DNA of 64,000 nucleotides from Deltaproteobacteria bacterium (GTDB lineage Bacteria; Desulfobacterota_D; UBA1144; Nemesobacterales; UBA2774): NCBI GenBank assembly GCA_029262275.1, contig JAJCZS010000007.1, positions 58,785 to 122,784 of the forward strand, read 5' to 3'. Shown piece by piece: positions 18,492 to 26,999 of this stretch (position 1 is its first letter; each line of letters starts with the position of its first letter). The notes under the pieces were generated by a model. It saw only the letters and a program-made list of their open reading frames with translations, ran no database searches and was not told where the DNA came from. The position numbers and the translations under genes were made by a program.

Positions 18492-19124
18492 ATGAGAAAA
18501 GCCTTAATAATAAATATTATATTTTTGCTTCTAATGTTTTTCGCTATGGATTCGACGGCTCAAGATCCACCGGTTACCTGTCCTCAGAAATGCACTGAGA
18601 GCAAAACGAATTGCGAGTTGTCATGCTCACAGATTGTGGGTGGCGGGGCTAAGAGTAAAGAGAGAAGGGAATGTGTCAAAAATTGTGATGTAGGACTTGG
18701 AGAGTGTAATGGGAGATGTTTGGATCCTACTCCTCGTCCGACACTCAAGCCTGAGCGCTATCATGATAAATCATGTCCCAGATCTTGCGAGCTTAAAGCG
18801 TTTGACTGTAATGAGGTATGCACCAAATATATGGGTGGTGGAGCAAAGAGCGGGAAAAAGGCGGTTTGCAGAAAAGAGTGTAGTGAGGGTCTTGAGGATT
18901 GTAAGAACTGGTGCGTAAGTCCAACACCCAAGCCAACTTTGAAACCCGACCCTCTTGCTGATAAACCTTGCACTGAAGTATGCAAGTATAAAAAATTGTA
19001 TTGTGAGTCGAGTTGCAGTGTTTATATGGGCGGCGGAGCAAAAAGTGAGAAGAGAAGTAAGTGTATGTCGGAGTGTAGGGATTTTAATGATGAGTGCTTA
19101 GGTGAATGCAAGGAAAATAATTAA
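18492..19124 (+). CDS. secreted cysteine-rich tandem-repeat protein (210 aa; three ~65-aa repeats, each with four CX3C motifs)
   Basis: Signal peptide, then 2.8 copies of C-x3-C-x6-C-x3-C-…GGGAKS…C-x3-C-x6-C-x3-C-…PTP(K/R)PTLKP. The 24 Cys all sit in CX3C pairs. Confidence 0.5.
   Translation: MRKALIINIIFLLLMFFAMDSTAQDPPVTCPQKCTESKTNCELSCSQIVGGGAKSKERRECVKNCDVGLGECNGRCLDPTPRPTLKPERYHDKSCPRSCELKAFDCNEVCTKYMGGGAKSGKKAVCRKECSEGLEDCKNWCVSPTPKPTLKPDPLADKPCTEVCKYKKLYCESSCSVYMGGGAKSEKRSKCMSECRDFNDECLGECKENN
18576..19121 (+). repeat. intragenic tandem repeat, period 195 nt, ~2.8 copies (encodes the CX3C repeat units)
   Basis: Repeat units start at ~18576, 18771 and 18966. Divergent at DNA level but collinear, e.g. 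ggtggcggggctaagagtaaag / ggtggtggagcaaagagcggga / ggcggcggagcaaaaagtgaga. Confidence 0.6.
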
Positions 19125-19477
19125 ACTTTCAGACCACTTCTCATTTCTTCTATCTCCTTATTTAAGAAATAGGATAAGATGGTTCTTATTACAACAATAC
19201 CACCTAGAAAAATAAGGTCCTCTCTAGTTTGATTTATAACGGTTTTTATAATATCGGCAACTATCATAATTTCTAAACCAAGTAAGAGGTATGTCCCTAG
19301 ATAACATCTTATAGCTTTTATGTCATTTCCGCTTAGAGTTTGATTTTTTATTCTTAGCGCAATGAAGTCGTACATAGATTTTAGAAAGCCCCATAAAATA
19401 AATAATATAGCTACCAAGTCTATGATGTCTGTTATAGGGGTAAAGATAGTTACAAGATATTCTTCAAGGTGAAACAT
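19121..19477 (-). CDS. small integral membrane protein, DUF1622-like (118 aa)
   Basis: Three or four TM helices and no other motif. It is the last gene of the minus-strand operon headed by the Rieske-TPP gene. Confidence 0.4.
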   Translation of the reverse strand: MFHLEEYLVTIFTPITDIIDLVAILFILWGFLKSMYDFIALRIKNQTLSGNDIKAIRCYLGTYLLLGLEIMIVADIIKTVINQTREDLIFLGGIVVIRTILSYFLNKEIEEMRSGLKV

Positions 19478-19494
19478 TTTAGTCTCCTAAAATC

Positions 19495-20289
19495 TCACTT
19501 CATAAATTGACTAAAGGTGTTATCAAGATAGTCCATTAACAAACCACCAGGATTATCAGTTTTAATAAGGTCATTGTATTTTAATATAACTCCCTGCCAT
19601 CCTTCCGTGTGTAGGTATGCAGGCTCTAATAAATTAATATGACTGTAGTCTTCAAGTTCAGGATACACAGTAATATAAAAGTAGGGTTCTTCAATTCCAG
19701 AGTCGCCGGTTAAGTATCCAAAGGCGATCTGATCCATATTGTCTTTAGATGCCGGATAGCATGTAAATGCAACATCCATATGGTGAGACCAAAGCTGAAC
19801 AGGGCTTGTCTCTAAAGTAATTGAACCCTTAAATGTTTTGAATATGATATCAACTAACGAGTAGGATTTGAAAATTTTACTTGCAGTTGCTGGATCATAT
19901 TCGAGATCTGAGTTATCACTGAATTTCTCAAGATCTATATCGGGTTTGATGCCCATAGTTTCCAAAACCGATAGAACTTCACTTGTGAAATGTGATGCGG
20001 ATTGTCCTTTAATAGGGATGTTTCGGTTATGTCCCAAGCTTGATGATATCTCTACACGATGAGAAAGCAGGTTTATAGAAAGTTCAAAAGTACTTCCATC
20101 TTCGTTTGGTATCGGGGTTGTCCTAAACCCCTGGGTGCCGGTCCTAAGACTAATGTGCCAGTATTCTTTTTGCTCAGGAGTCATCTTAGCTCTGATTGCG
20201 CCTAATAATCTAGCATAAGAATGGATTGCATCACTTGTTTTCAGGATTTGCTCGTATTGCAAAATCGGGAATGTGTTTTTAGTTATCAT
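19495..20289 (-). CDS. hypothetical protein (264 aa), translationally coupled to the Rieske-TPP gene
   Basis: Start lies within a few nt of the upstream gene's stop. No recognised motif. Confidence 0.35.
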   Translation of the reverse strand: MITKNTFPILQYEQILKTSDAIHSYARLLGAIRAKMTPEQKEYWHISLRTGTQGFRTTPIPNEDGSTFELSINLLSHRVEISSSLGHNRNIPIKGQSASHFTSEVLSVLETMGIKPDIDLEKFSDNSDLEYDPATASKIFKSYSLVDIIFKTFKGSITLETSPVQLWSHHMDVAFTCYPASKDNMDQIAFGYLTGDSGIEEPYFYITVYPELEDYSHINLLEPAYLHTEGWQGVILKYNDLIKTDNPGGLLMDYLDNTFSQFMK

Positions 20290-20292
20290 TGC

Positions 20293-22275
20293 TTAGATTA
20301 GCTCCGCGTCGGCCATAACTTCGACCAGTGAAAATGTTTTATGTTTTAAGCACTTCTTTAGTGCACCTGCAAGTTCTTTTTTATTCGTTACTCTTATTCC
20401 AAGACCTCCGCATGAGTTCACAAAGTCGGCGAAATTAGGGTTATGAAGTGATGTCTGCCATACCTCCCAGTTTCCTGCCTTTTGTTCTTTGCTTATTTTC
20501 CCAAGCTCCTTGTTGTGAAGAAGGACATGCGTGATGTTCATACCGTATTTAACAGCAGTTGTAACGTCAGCCAAGTATTGACCAAAGCCGCCGTCTCCTG
20601 AGATCGAGACTACTTTTCGTCCTTTAAACTTAGGATCATCTTCCTGAGTTGCAGACCATGCTCCAAGCCCAGCAGGTAGAGAGAATCCTATCGATCCAAG
20701 ATAACCTGACATCAGAAGTGCTTGGTTTCTACATTCAAAATATCTTCCAAAGGAATAAGTATTGTTTCCTACATCGACTGAGATGATTGCATTTTCAGGT
20801 ACCAGCTTTGAAAGCTCTTCGAATATGTATGCTGAGTTCAGTCCTAAACCCCGGTCGTCCTTTCTTCTACTCTTTTTCTCTTCTCTCCATATAGCCCACC
20901 GCTTTGCTATCTCTTTTCTTCTGTCTTTGGATTTTGCTTTGCCTTTTACACCTTTTTTGATAAGCTCAGCCGTAATTCCAATCTCTCCCCATACTGGGAC
21001 TGTTACAGAGTGAAATTTAGCAAGCGCCATGTTGTCATAGTCCACATGGATAATAGGTTTTTTAGAGGATATTCCAGTATGGTTGCTAAAGCTCGCACCA
21101 AATACCAAAAGTAGATCCGACTCGTTCATAAACCAGCTTGCTATTGGGGTTCCGCTTCGGCCTAATACACCACAGCCAAGAGGGTGATCATCTGAGATGA
21201 GCCCTTTACCCTTAAATGTTGTAAAAACAGGGCATTTTAGCATCTTGGCTAACTCAGTAATTGAATCCATATTAAAACGTGCCCCGTGGCCCACAATAAT
21301 TGATGGTCTCTCCGCATTCTTTAAGAGTTTAATTGCCTGATCTAAAGTCTCCTTGGGCGGGCTTATAGTAAGAGGTGTCATTCTACCCTCAGGGCTTCCA
21401 GCTTTAGCTTTCTCAGGGGCAGGTAGTGTTTGAACTTCGTCTGGGAATACAAGATGCGATACACCACGGTTTAAGATTGCACTTTTTAATGCAAGATTAA
21501 TAAGCTCTGCATGTTTGCTTGATGGGAGCACAGTTTGAGACCACTGAGCTACTTGTCCAAATGCTGCTTGGAGGTCCACCTCTTGAAATGCTCCTGGGCC
21601 TAGCACCTGAGTATCTACCTGACCGCTCAGCGCAAGCACGGGGCTTCTATCCACATTTGCATCCCAAAGTCCTGTGAGCAGATTTGTGGAGCCGGGGCCT
21701 GCAATCCCAAGACAAGCTGCGGGTCTTCCCGTAAGTTTTCCGTAAGCTGAGCACGCAAACGCAGCGGCTCCTTCATGACGTATTCCGTAATATGATAGAT
21801 TCCCCGCTTCTTCCTGAATCCTAAGTGCATCAGCAAGACCCAAATTAGAATGCCCAACCATGCCAAATATTTGTTTGACTCCCCAATTGACCATGGTCTC
21901 GGCCATAATATCTGTAACAGTCTGTTTATGTTCACCTTCATCCTCAAGAGCTACATAAACTCCGTCATCCCTCTCTTCGATCTCATAAGTGGGTACCCCA
22001 TCATCAAACCCACCAGGTGAATCTCCTGTTATGGGGTTAAAGTCCCACCCATGCCATGGACATCTGAGCATGCCGTTCTCTATAGAGCCTTCACCCAAGG
22101 GGCCGCCCTGATGAGGACATTTATTGTTTAATGCTCCATATTCGCCTTTGAAACGGCTTAGGCATATTGTTAGGTTTCTGCATGTTCTGGTTGTAACTCT
22201 TCCCTCTGGAAGCTCGCCGTGTTCTAGAACTTTGTACCAGGATTTATGTGTTTTTCTTTTTGGTGTTGTGGCCAT
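20293..22275 (-). CDS. fusion protein: N-terminal Rieske [2Fe-2S] domain + thiamine-pyrophosphate enzyme (acetolactate synthase / pyruvate oxidase-like), 660 aa
   Basis: Rieske box CPHQGGPLGEGSIENGMLRCPWHGW (CxH-x16-CxxH). All three TPP-enzyme domains follow. The N-domain is …GMVGHSNLGLADALRIQ…GAAAFACSAYGKLTGRPAACLGIAGPGSTNLLTGL…. The middle domain is …PSIIVGHGARF…. The C-domain carries the GDG…N TPP/Mg motif (ISGDGGFGQYLADVTTAVKYGMNITHVLLHNKELG). Confidence 0.7.
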   Translation of the reverse strand: MATTPKRKTHKSWYKVLEHGELPEGRVTTRTCRNLTICLSRFKGEYGALNNKCPHQGGPLGEGSIENGMLRCPWHGWDFNPITGDSPGGFDDGVPTYEIEERDDGVYVALEDEGEHKQTVTDIMAETMVNWGVKQIFGMVGHSNLGLADALRIQEEAGNLSYYGIRHEGAAAFACSAYGKLTGRPAACLGIAGPGSTNLLTGLWDANVDRSPVLALSGQVDTQVLGPGAFQEVDLQAAFGQVAQWSQTVLPSSKHAELINLALKSAILNRGVSHLVFPDEVQTLPAPEKAKAGSPEGRMTPLTISPPKETLDQAIKLLKNAERPSIIVGHGARFNMDSITELAKMLKCPVFTTFKGKGLISDDHPLGCGVLGRSGTPIASWFMNESDLLLVFGASFSNHTGISSKKPIIHVDYDNMALAKFHSVTVPVWGEIGITAELIKKGVKGKAKSKDRRKEIAKRWAIWREEKKSRRKDDRGLGLNSAYIFEELSKLVPENAIISVDVGNNTYSFGRYFECRNQALLMSGYLGSIGFSLPAGLGAWSATQEDDPKFKGRKVVSISGDGGFGQYLADVTTAVKYGMNITHVLLHNKELGKISKEQKAGNWEVWQTSLHNPNFADFVNSCGGLGIRVTNKKELAGALKKCLKHKTFSLVEVMADAELI

Positions 22276-22444
22276 AAGGTAATCCCCCTAGTTCACTTAT
22301 AATACAAAATCAAAGAAATATCAAAATGTTTCTTTTGAGAATCGATATTACTGTAAATCTAGATATTAGATAGGTTTGTTTAATAAAAGTTACATTGACA
22401 TTAAGAGTTTTAGATAAAGATGGTAAGTTTTAACAGGGGAAACT

Positions 22445-22975
22445 TTAATTGTGTGCTTTTACAATCTCTAAAATTTCATTAAATATAGACCCTCTGTTAT
22501 TCAAGTTCATTTTAAATAATTCCACATCTTCACGTTGTTTTATTTTCCCTTTTATCCCACCATCCATGTGAGAAATTGTGGCTATTACCAAGTTGTCTGA
22601 ATCAAGTACTTCGGTAACTAGTCTTACAAACTTGGAAGATATGCATTCCATTTTACCAATCTCATCTATGATGATAGGGCTTTTCTTGGTATCTTGAAAA
22701 TCTATTGATTCCAGAAATTTGTCAAAGGCGTCTACGTCGACCCTATATTTACCCACATGATGTGGGCTTTCTATTAGAATGTGGGCAAATATGGAAGTGC
22801 TTCCATTAAGTCCCATTAGCTGAAACCCTTTTCTTAGCCCTTCATTTCTTATTTCTTCGGTATAAAACCCTACAGGTTTATAATCTTTTATTTCACTGCA
22901 AATTTTCTTTATTAGGGTGGTTTTGCCAATACCCGGAAGACCCGAAATTAGAATGTTTTTCTTATCCTTCCCCAT
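22445..22975 (-). CDS. THEP1-like nucleoside-triphosphatase (176 aa)
   Basis: Walker A ILISGLPGIGKTTLIKKI and Walker B IIIDEIG. The length and order match the NTPase THEP1 family. Confidence 0.5.
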   Translation of the reverse strand: MGKDKKNILISGLPGIGKTTLIKKICSEIKDYKPVGFYTEEIRNEGLRKGFQLMGLNGSTSIFAHILIESPHHVGKYRVDVDAFDKFLESIDFQDTKKSPIIIDEIGKMECISSKFVRLVTEVLDSDNLVIATISHMDGGIKGKIKQREDVELFKMNLNNRGSIFNEILEIVKAHN

Positions 22976-23062
22976 GAGATCCGACCATTAATTCTTCTTT
23001 AATTTAAATAGAGTAGGGTTTAGAGTAGGAATTTAAAACCAGATTGAATTAGTGTCAGTATA

Positions 23063-24205
23063 TTAGTTTTTTAATTTTTCAGCGCTTTCTCTTATTATTT
23101 TAACAGCACTATCAATTTCATCATAGGTGTTTTCTACCGAGAAGCTAAATCTTATGCTGGAGTAGGCTTCTTCTTCGCTGAGCCCCATAGCGCATAGAAC
23201 GTATGAAGGGGCTGTCTCAAAATTAGTGCATGCCGAGCTCTGTGAGCATCTTACACCATTTTGATCAAGCTCTTTTACCAGCCTGCGCCCATCGATGCCG
23301 CTGAACATTATATTTGAGGTATTGCATACACGGTTTTTTAAATTGCCGTTTACTTTTGATCCCGGGACAAAATCTAGAACCATGGCCTCGAATCTATCAC
23401 GCAAATCCTTCATTTTGGATATGAGGTCAGCTAAATCTTTTCTTCTAATTTCAGCTGCTTTTCCCATGCCTACTATGCCGGGAACGTTCTCAGTGCCGGG
23501 GCGAAATCCCTCTTCTTGAAATCCGCCAAACAAAAGAGGTGCTAGTAAATATTTCTCTTTACAATATATAGCGCCCACGCCTTGAGGAGAGTGAAACTTA
23601 TGCCCGGTTAGAGAGAGAAAGTCTATTGGTAACTCTTGAATATTCATCTCCATTTTCCCCACTGCTTGAGCTGCGTCAGTATGAAGGGGAACCCCCATGT
23701 CCCTGCAGATTTCTGCTATCTGAGAGATCGGCTGTATAACCCCAGTTTCATTATTAACCCACTGTACGGAAACAAGTGAGGTGCTATTGGTGATAGCATT
23801 TTTTAATTCGTTCAAATCTATAAGACCATCTGAATTTACTTCTAATTTATTTACCGAGACTCCGTTTAATTTTAGGAAATTACACATTTTGTGTATTGAG
23901 GAGTGTTCGACCGTGGTTGTTAGTATTTGGCATCCATTGGATTTATCTCTAGTACATGAATAAAATGCCATATTATTGGATTCTGTCCCAGATCCTGTGA
24001 AGGTTATCTTTGAGATGTCTGAGCCAATTAGAAGAGATAGCTGCTCTCTTGCCAAGGCTAGATGTTTCCTTGCACGTTTTCCGGTGGAATGAGCGCTTGA
24101 AGGGTTTCCAAACTCACTGTCCATTACTTTTAATACTTCTTCTCTTACTTCCTGAAGTGGTTTAGTGGTAGCGTTATTATCGAAATAGATTTCTTTATGT
24201 TTCAT
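23063..24205 (-). CDS. cysteine desulfurase (NifS/IscS-like class V aminotransferase)
   Basis: PLP-Lys motif SLTGHKFHSPQGVGAIY, the active-site Cys loop (SSACT) near the C-terminus, and the N-terminal IYFDNNATT. Confidence 0.8.
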   Translation of the reverse strand: MKHKEIYFDNNATTKPLQEVREEVLKVMDSEFGNPSSAHSTGKRARKHLALAREQLSLLIGSDISKITFTGSGTESNNMAFYSCTRDKSNGCQILTTTVEHSSIHKMCNFLKLNGVSVNKLEVNSDGLIDLNELKNAITNSTSLVSVQWVNNETGVIQPISQIAEICRDMGVPLHTDAAQAVGKMEMNIQELPIDFLSLTGHKFHSPQGVGAIYCKEKYLLAPLLFGGFQEEGFRPGTENVPGIVGMGKAAEIRRKDLADLISKMKDLRDRFEAMVLDFVPGSKVNGNLKNRVCNTSNIMFSGIDGRRLVKELDQNGVRCSQSSACTNFETAPSYVLCAMGLSEEEAYSSIRFSFSVENTYDEIDSAVKIIRESAEKLKN

Positions 24206-24275
24206 AACCCGGCCCTGACAAATTATTATACATTATTTCCAGGATTTGTTTGGAGATTATGGTTAGTGTTTCTGA

Positions 24276-24662
24276 TTAAGCATTAGGCTCTTGAGAGGTT
24301 TCTGATTCATACTCTTCAGGAGTCATGATAGTTATACAAGGCCTATTGTCCCCTTCCTCAAGAGGGCCTAAATACGACATTAGCGGCAGGTCTTCTTCTT
24401 TGCCATCTTTTTTAAATTTCACAGGGAAATATATCAAGTTGGATTTACTTGTTTGCCGGTGGACTCTCATATAATATAAGAAACCGTTTATGAGATCAGT
24501 GGCTCTGGATTTTTCATTTTCTCCTTCTTCAATGCTCTTTTGATCCGGAGTAATCCAATTATCCCAAATTGACGAAGTGACGAACACGGGTATTAAAAGG
24601 CCCGCTTCTTTGGCTATATCTGATATGTTTTTCTGTTTACTCCTGGGTTTATCTTTGCTCAT
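24276..24662 (-). CDS. hypothetical protein (128 aa)
   Basis: ORF 15 nt downstream of the cyclase-family gene. No recognised motif. Confidence 0.3.
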   Translation of the reverse strand: MSKDKPRSKQKNISDIAKEAGLLIPVFVTSSIWDNWITPDQKSIEEGENEKSRATDLINGFLYYMRVHRQTSKSNLIYFPVKFKKDGKEEDLPLMSYLGPLEEGDNRPCITIMTPEEYESETSQEPNA

Positions 24663-24677
24663 GATTACTCCTTTTCT

Positions 24678-25493
24678 CTATTGTTTCGGAAGGACTGCAA
24701 TTATTCTAAGAGGCCCACCACTGCCTCCTTTAATTTTCATCGGCAGCGCTATGACCAGAGCTCCTTTAGGAGGTAGTTTATCCAAATTTGCAACATTTTC
24801 GAATGCTGGGATATTTTCTTTAAATAGTATTTGGTGACTTTCAAATAATGTAGATTGCCCATAGTCAATGCTTGGCGTATCGAGTCCAATTGCGCCTATA
24901 TTACGGTTTTCTACCAACCACTTGGCAGCTTTAGGATCTAGTCCAGGAAAATGAAGATCCGCAACTGCATCTGGTCCTCTTTTGTCAGTGCCCATATATT
25001 TCACTCTGTCCGGCCAAAATTTCGCGTAACCCGTGTTTAAAAGAACTATAGAGCCATCAGCGATTTCTTCGTTTTTGGATTCCCAGTCTTTGAAGTCCTG
25101 AACACTAACAAGATAGTCCGGATTGGGCAACGCTTTTTCAGATACATCTATAACAACTGCAGATCCTATTAATCTCTCAAGTGGAACTTCATCTACTGTG
25201 TGTTTTCCCTTTGCAAAATGAATTGGAGCATCAATATGTGTTCCACCGTGCTCTGCTGCGGAGTACTTGTTGGCATCATAGAAAAAACCGTTATCAGTAA
25301 ACCCTTGGAACACATTTACGAGCTTAAATTCTTCAGCAGTAGGCCAATATATACTTTCTTCAGAGAAGTCATGGGTGAGATCTATTAATTTGCCATTAGT
25401 TAAGGTTTCAGGTTGCGCCTTAGCTAAGTATGTATTACCTAAAACTAATACTACGAATAATAGGATAAGAAATTTTGGATTAACATTTTTCAT
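24678..25493 (-). CDS. secreted cyclase-family metallohydrolase (kynurenine formamidase-like)
   Basis: Signal peptide. HxGTHxDxPxH metal-binding signature (EHGGTHIDAPIHF) characteristic of the putative cyclase / arylformamidase family. Confidence 0.65.
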   Translation of the reverse strand: MKNVNPKFLILLFVVLVLGNTYLAKAQPETLTNGKLIDLTHDFSEESIYWPTAEEFKLVNVFQGFTDNGFFYDANKYSAAEHGGTHIDAPIHFAKGKHTVDEVPLERLIGSAVVIDVSEKALPNPDYLVSVQDFKDWESKNEEIADGSIVLLNTGYAKFWPDRVKYMGTDKRGPDAVADLHFPGLDPKAAKWLVENRNIGAIGLDTPSIDYGQSTLFESHQILFKENIPAFENVANLDKLPPKGALVIALPMKIKGGSGGPLRIIAVLPKQ

Positions 25494-25501
25494 AGTAATT
25501 C

Positions 25502-26296
25502 CTATTTTCCCTTGCCGGATTCTTTTTTCAAATCAGCATTGTTAAATTCTTCATTCTCCGGGAGATCTATTTCAAAGTCTCTTATGTGATCTATATCAAT
25601 CACGATATCTTTAGTCTTACATTCAAGCACATGTCCGCCAGATTTCTTGTCATCGGAGATGAAATGAAAATGGAACCCTGACTGGCTCACTCCTCCGATG
25701 TACATAGGCATCCAGTAGCCCACTATGGTTCCCTTGATATTCTTCAAATCAAATTCAGATTGGTCTTTTATAGCCTCACTTATTGGCGGGTAGGGTTTTT
25801 CCTGAGCATGTACGCTTCTAGTTCTAAGGTGCTCAAATTCACCGCTTACCTTGATTGCATAAAAAATATTTCTAGCTGGCAGCGCATCATCAATATATTC
25901 TTTGAGACCCTCACAGCTAAGAGCTTCTGTGGGAACCAACTTTTCATTTGAATCAAAGAATGTGACGATAGCGAATGGTGATTTCATTGTATCCTCTACA
26001 ACTGAGACATTGCCGTCTGAATCGATTCTATAAAATACGCCATCTAGGGCTACCATCTCTCCATCTAAGCTATTGAATGTGCCTAGACCAAAATCACCAT
26101 GCTTTTTAAGCTCACCATATGTTAGATCTCCTTCATAAACTCCTTCAATAAGCGCTTCAAACAATGAAGCCTGAAATATTGAGTCATGATGATCTTCTTG
26201 TTCTGCAAGGCTATGTGAGTGAAATGTGACTATCATAATTGCTAGTATTATCCCGGCCAGGTTAAATGCTTTAGTTCTCTCAGCCTTCGTTTCCAA
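25502..26296 (-). CDS. alsD: alpha-acetolactate decarboxylase-like protein with N-terminal hydrophobic leader
   Basis: Collinear with AlsD/BudA, including the Zn-binding His residues (…GHVLEC…). Example blocks: SLFEALIEGVYEGDLTYGELKKHGDFGLGTFNSLDGEMVALDGVFYRIDSDG…SPFAIVTFF…RNIFYAIKVSGEFEHLRTRSV…GTIVGYWMP…GFHFHFISDDKKSGGHVLE. It carries an N-terminal signal/anchor (NLAGIILAIMIVTFHSHSLA) that canonical AlsD lacks. Confidence 0.8.
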   Translation of the reverse strand: METKAERTKAFNLAGIILAIMIVTFHSHSLAEQEDHHDSIFQASLFEALIEGVYEGDLTYGELKKHGDFGLGTFNSLDGEMVALDGVFYRIDSDGNVSVVEDTMKSPFAIVTFFDSNEKLVPTEALSCEGLKEYIDDALPARNIFYAIKVSGEFEHLRTRSVHAQEKPYPPISEAIKDQSEFDLKNIKGTIVGYWMPMYIGGVSQSGFHFHFISDDKKSGGHVLECKTKDIVIDIDHIRDFEIDLPENEEFNNADLKKESGKGK

Positions 26297-26840
26297 GATT
26301 TTTTTCCTCCAGGATTTTGGTCATAAATTTTTGATATTCCTTCTCTGTGACAATTTCGTGATTGGATTCCATTCTATCTAAAAACATGATCCCGTCTAGG
26401 TGATCTAGCTCGTGTTGAAAAATTCTGGCCACGAAATCAGAGAATTCATCTTCTTTCGAGACACCCTCTCTAGTCAGATATTTTACCTTGATTGTTTTGT
26501 GTCTGGGAACAAGCCCTCTAATTCCAGGGATACTTAAACATCCCTCCCAGTCTTTTTCTTTTTCATCTGAGAATGAAGTTATTTCAGGATTTATTAGTGC
26601 AATGGGTCCAAGCTCTGGAGCATTTGGATAGCGTGTGTTAGGGCGCGAGGAGATAATGAATATACGCTTTGATTCATATACCTGGGGGGCCGCTATACCA
26701 ACACCGTTTGAGTCAATTCCGGTTTCAATTAAATCATCAATAAAGTTCTGAATTTCCTCGTTTTCTATATCCTCTACTTCAGATGCCACCTTACGTAGAA
26801 CTGGATGACCAAGTTCCGCTATTTCAAGAATTTTTCCCAT
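26280..26840 (-). CDS. def: peptide deformylase
   Basis: All three PDF motifs are present: GIGIAAPQV, EGCLSIPG and QHELDHLDG. No fmt gene follows it. Confidence 0.9.
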   Translation of the reverse strand: MGKILEIAELGHPVLRKVASEVEDIENEEIQNFIDDLIETGIDSNGVGIAAPQVYESKRIFIISSRPNTRYPNAPELGPIALINPEITSFSDEKEKDWEGCLSIPGIRGLVPRHKTIKVKYLTREGVSKEDEFSDFVARIFQHELDHLDGIMFLDRMESNHEIVTEKEYQKFMTKILEEKNLGNEG

Positions 26841-26999
26841 GATAGTTAATATAATATTATACTGTTATCATTTGATTGTAATGTGCTAATTTTATCTTCA
26901 AAATTTATTATACTAAACTGAACATTAAGAGTCTGTGTATAAAGATAAAACCCATTTGTTGACATTATCTCACTGAGTCGTTAAACAATTAGGAGTGCT

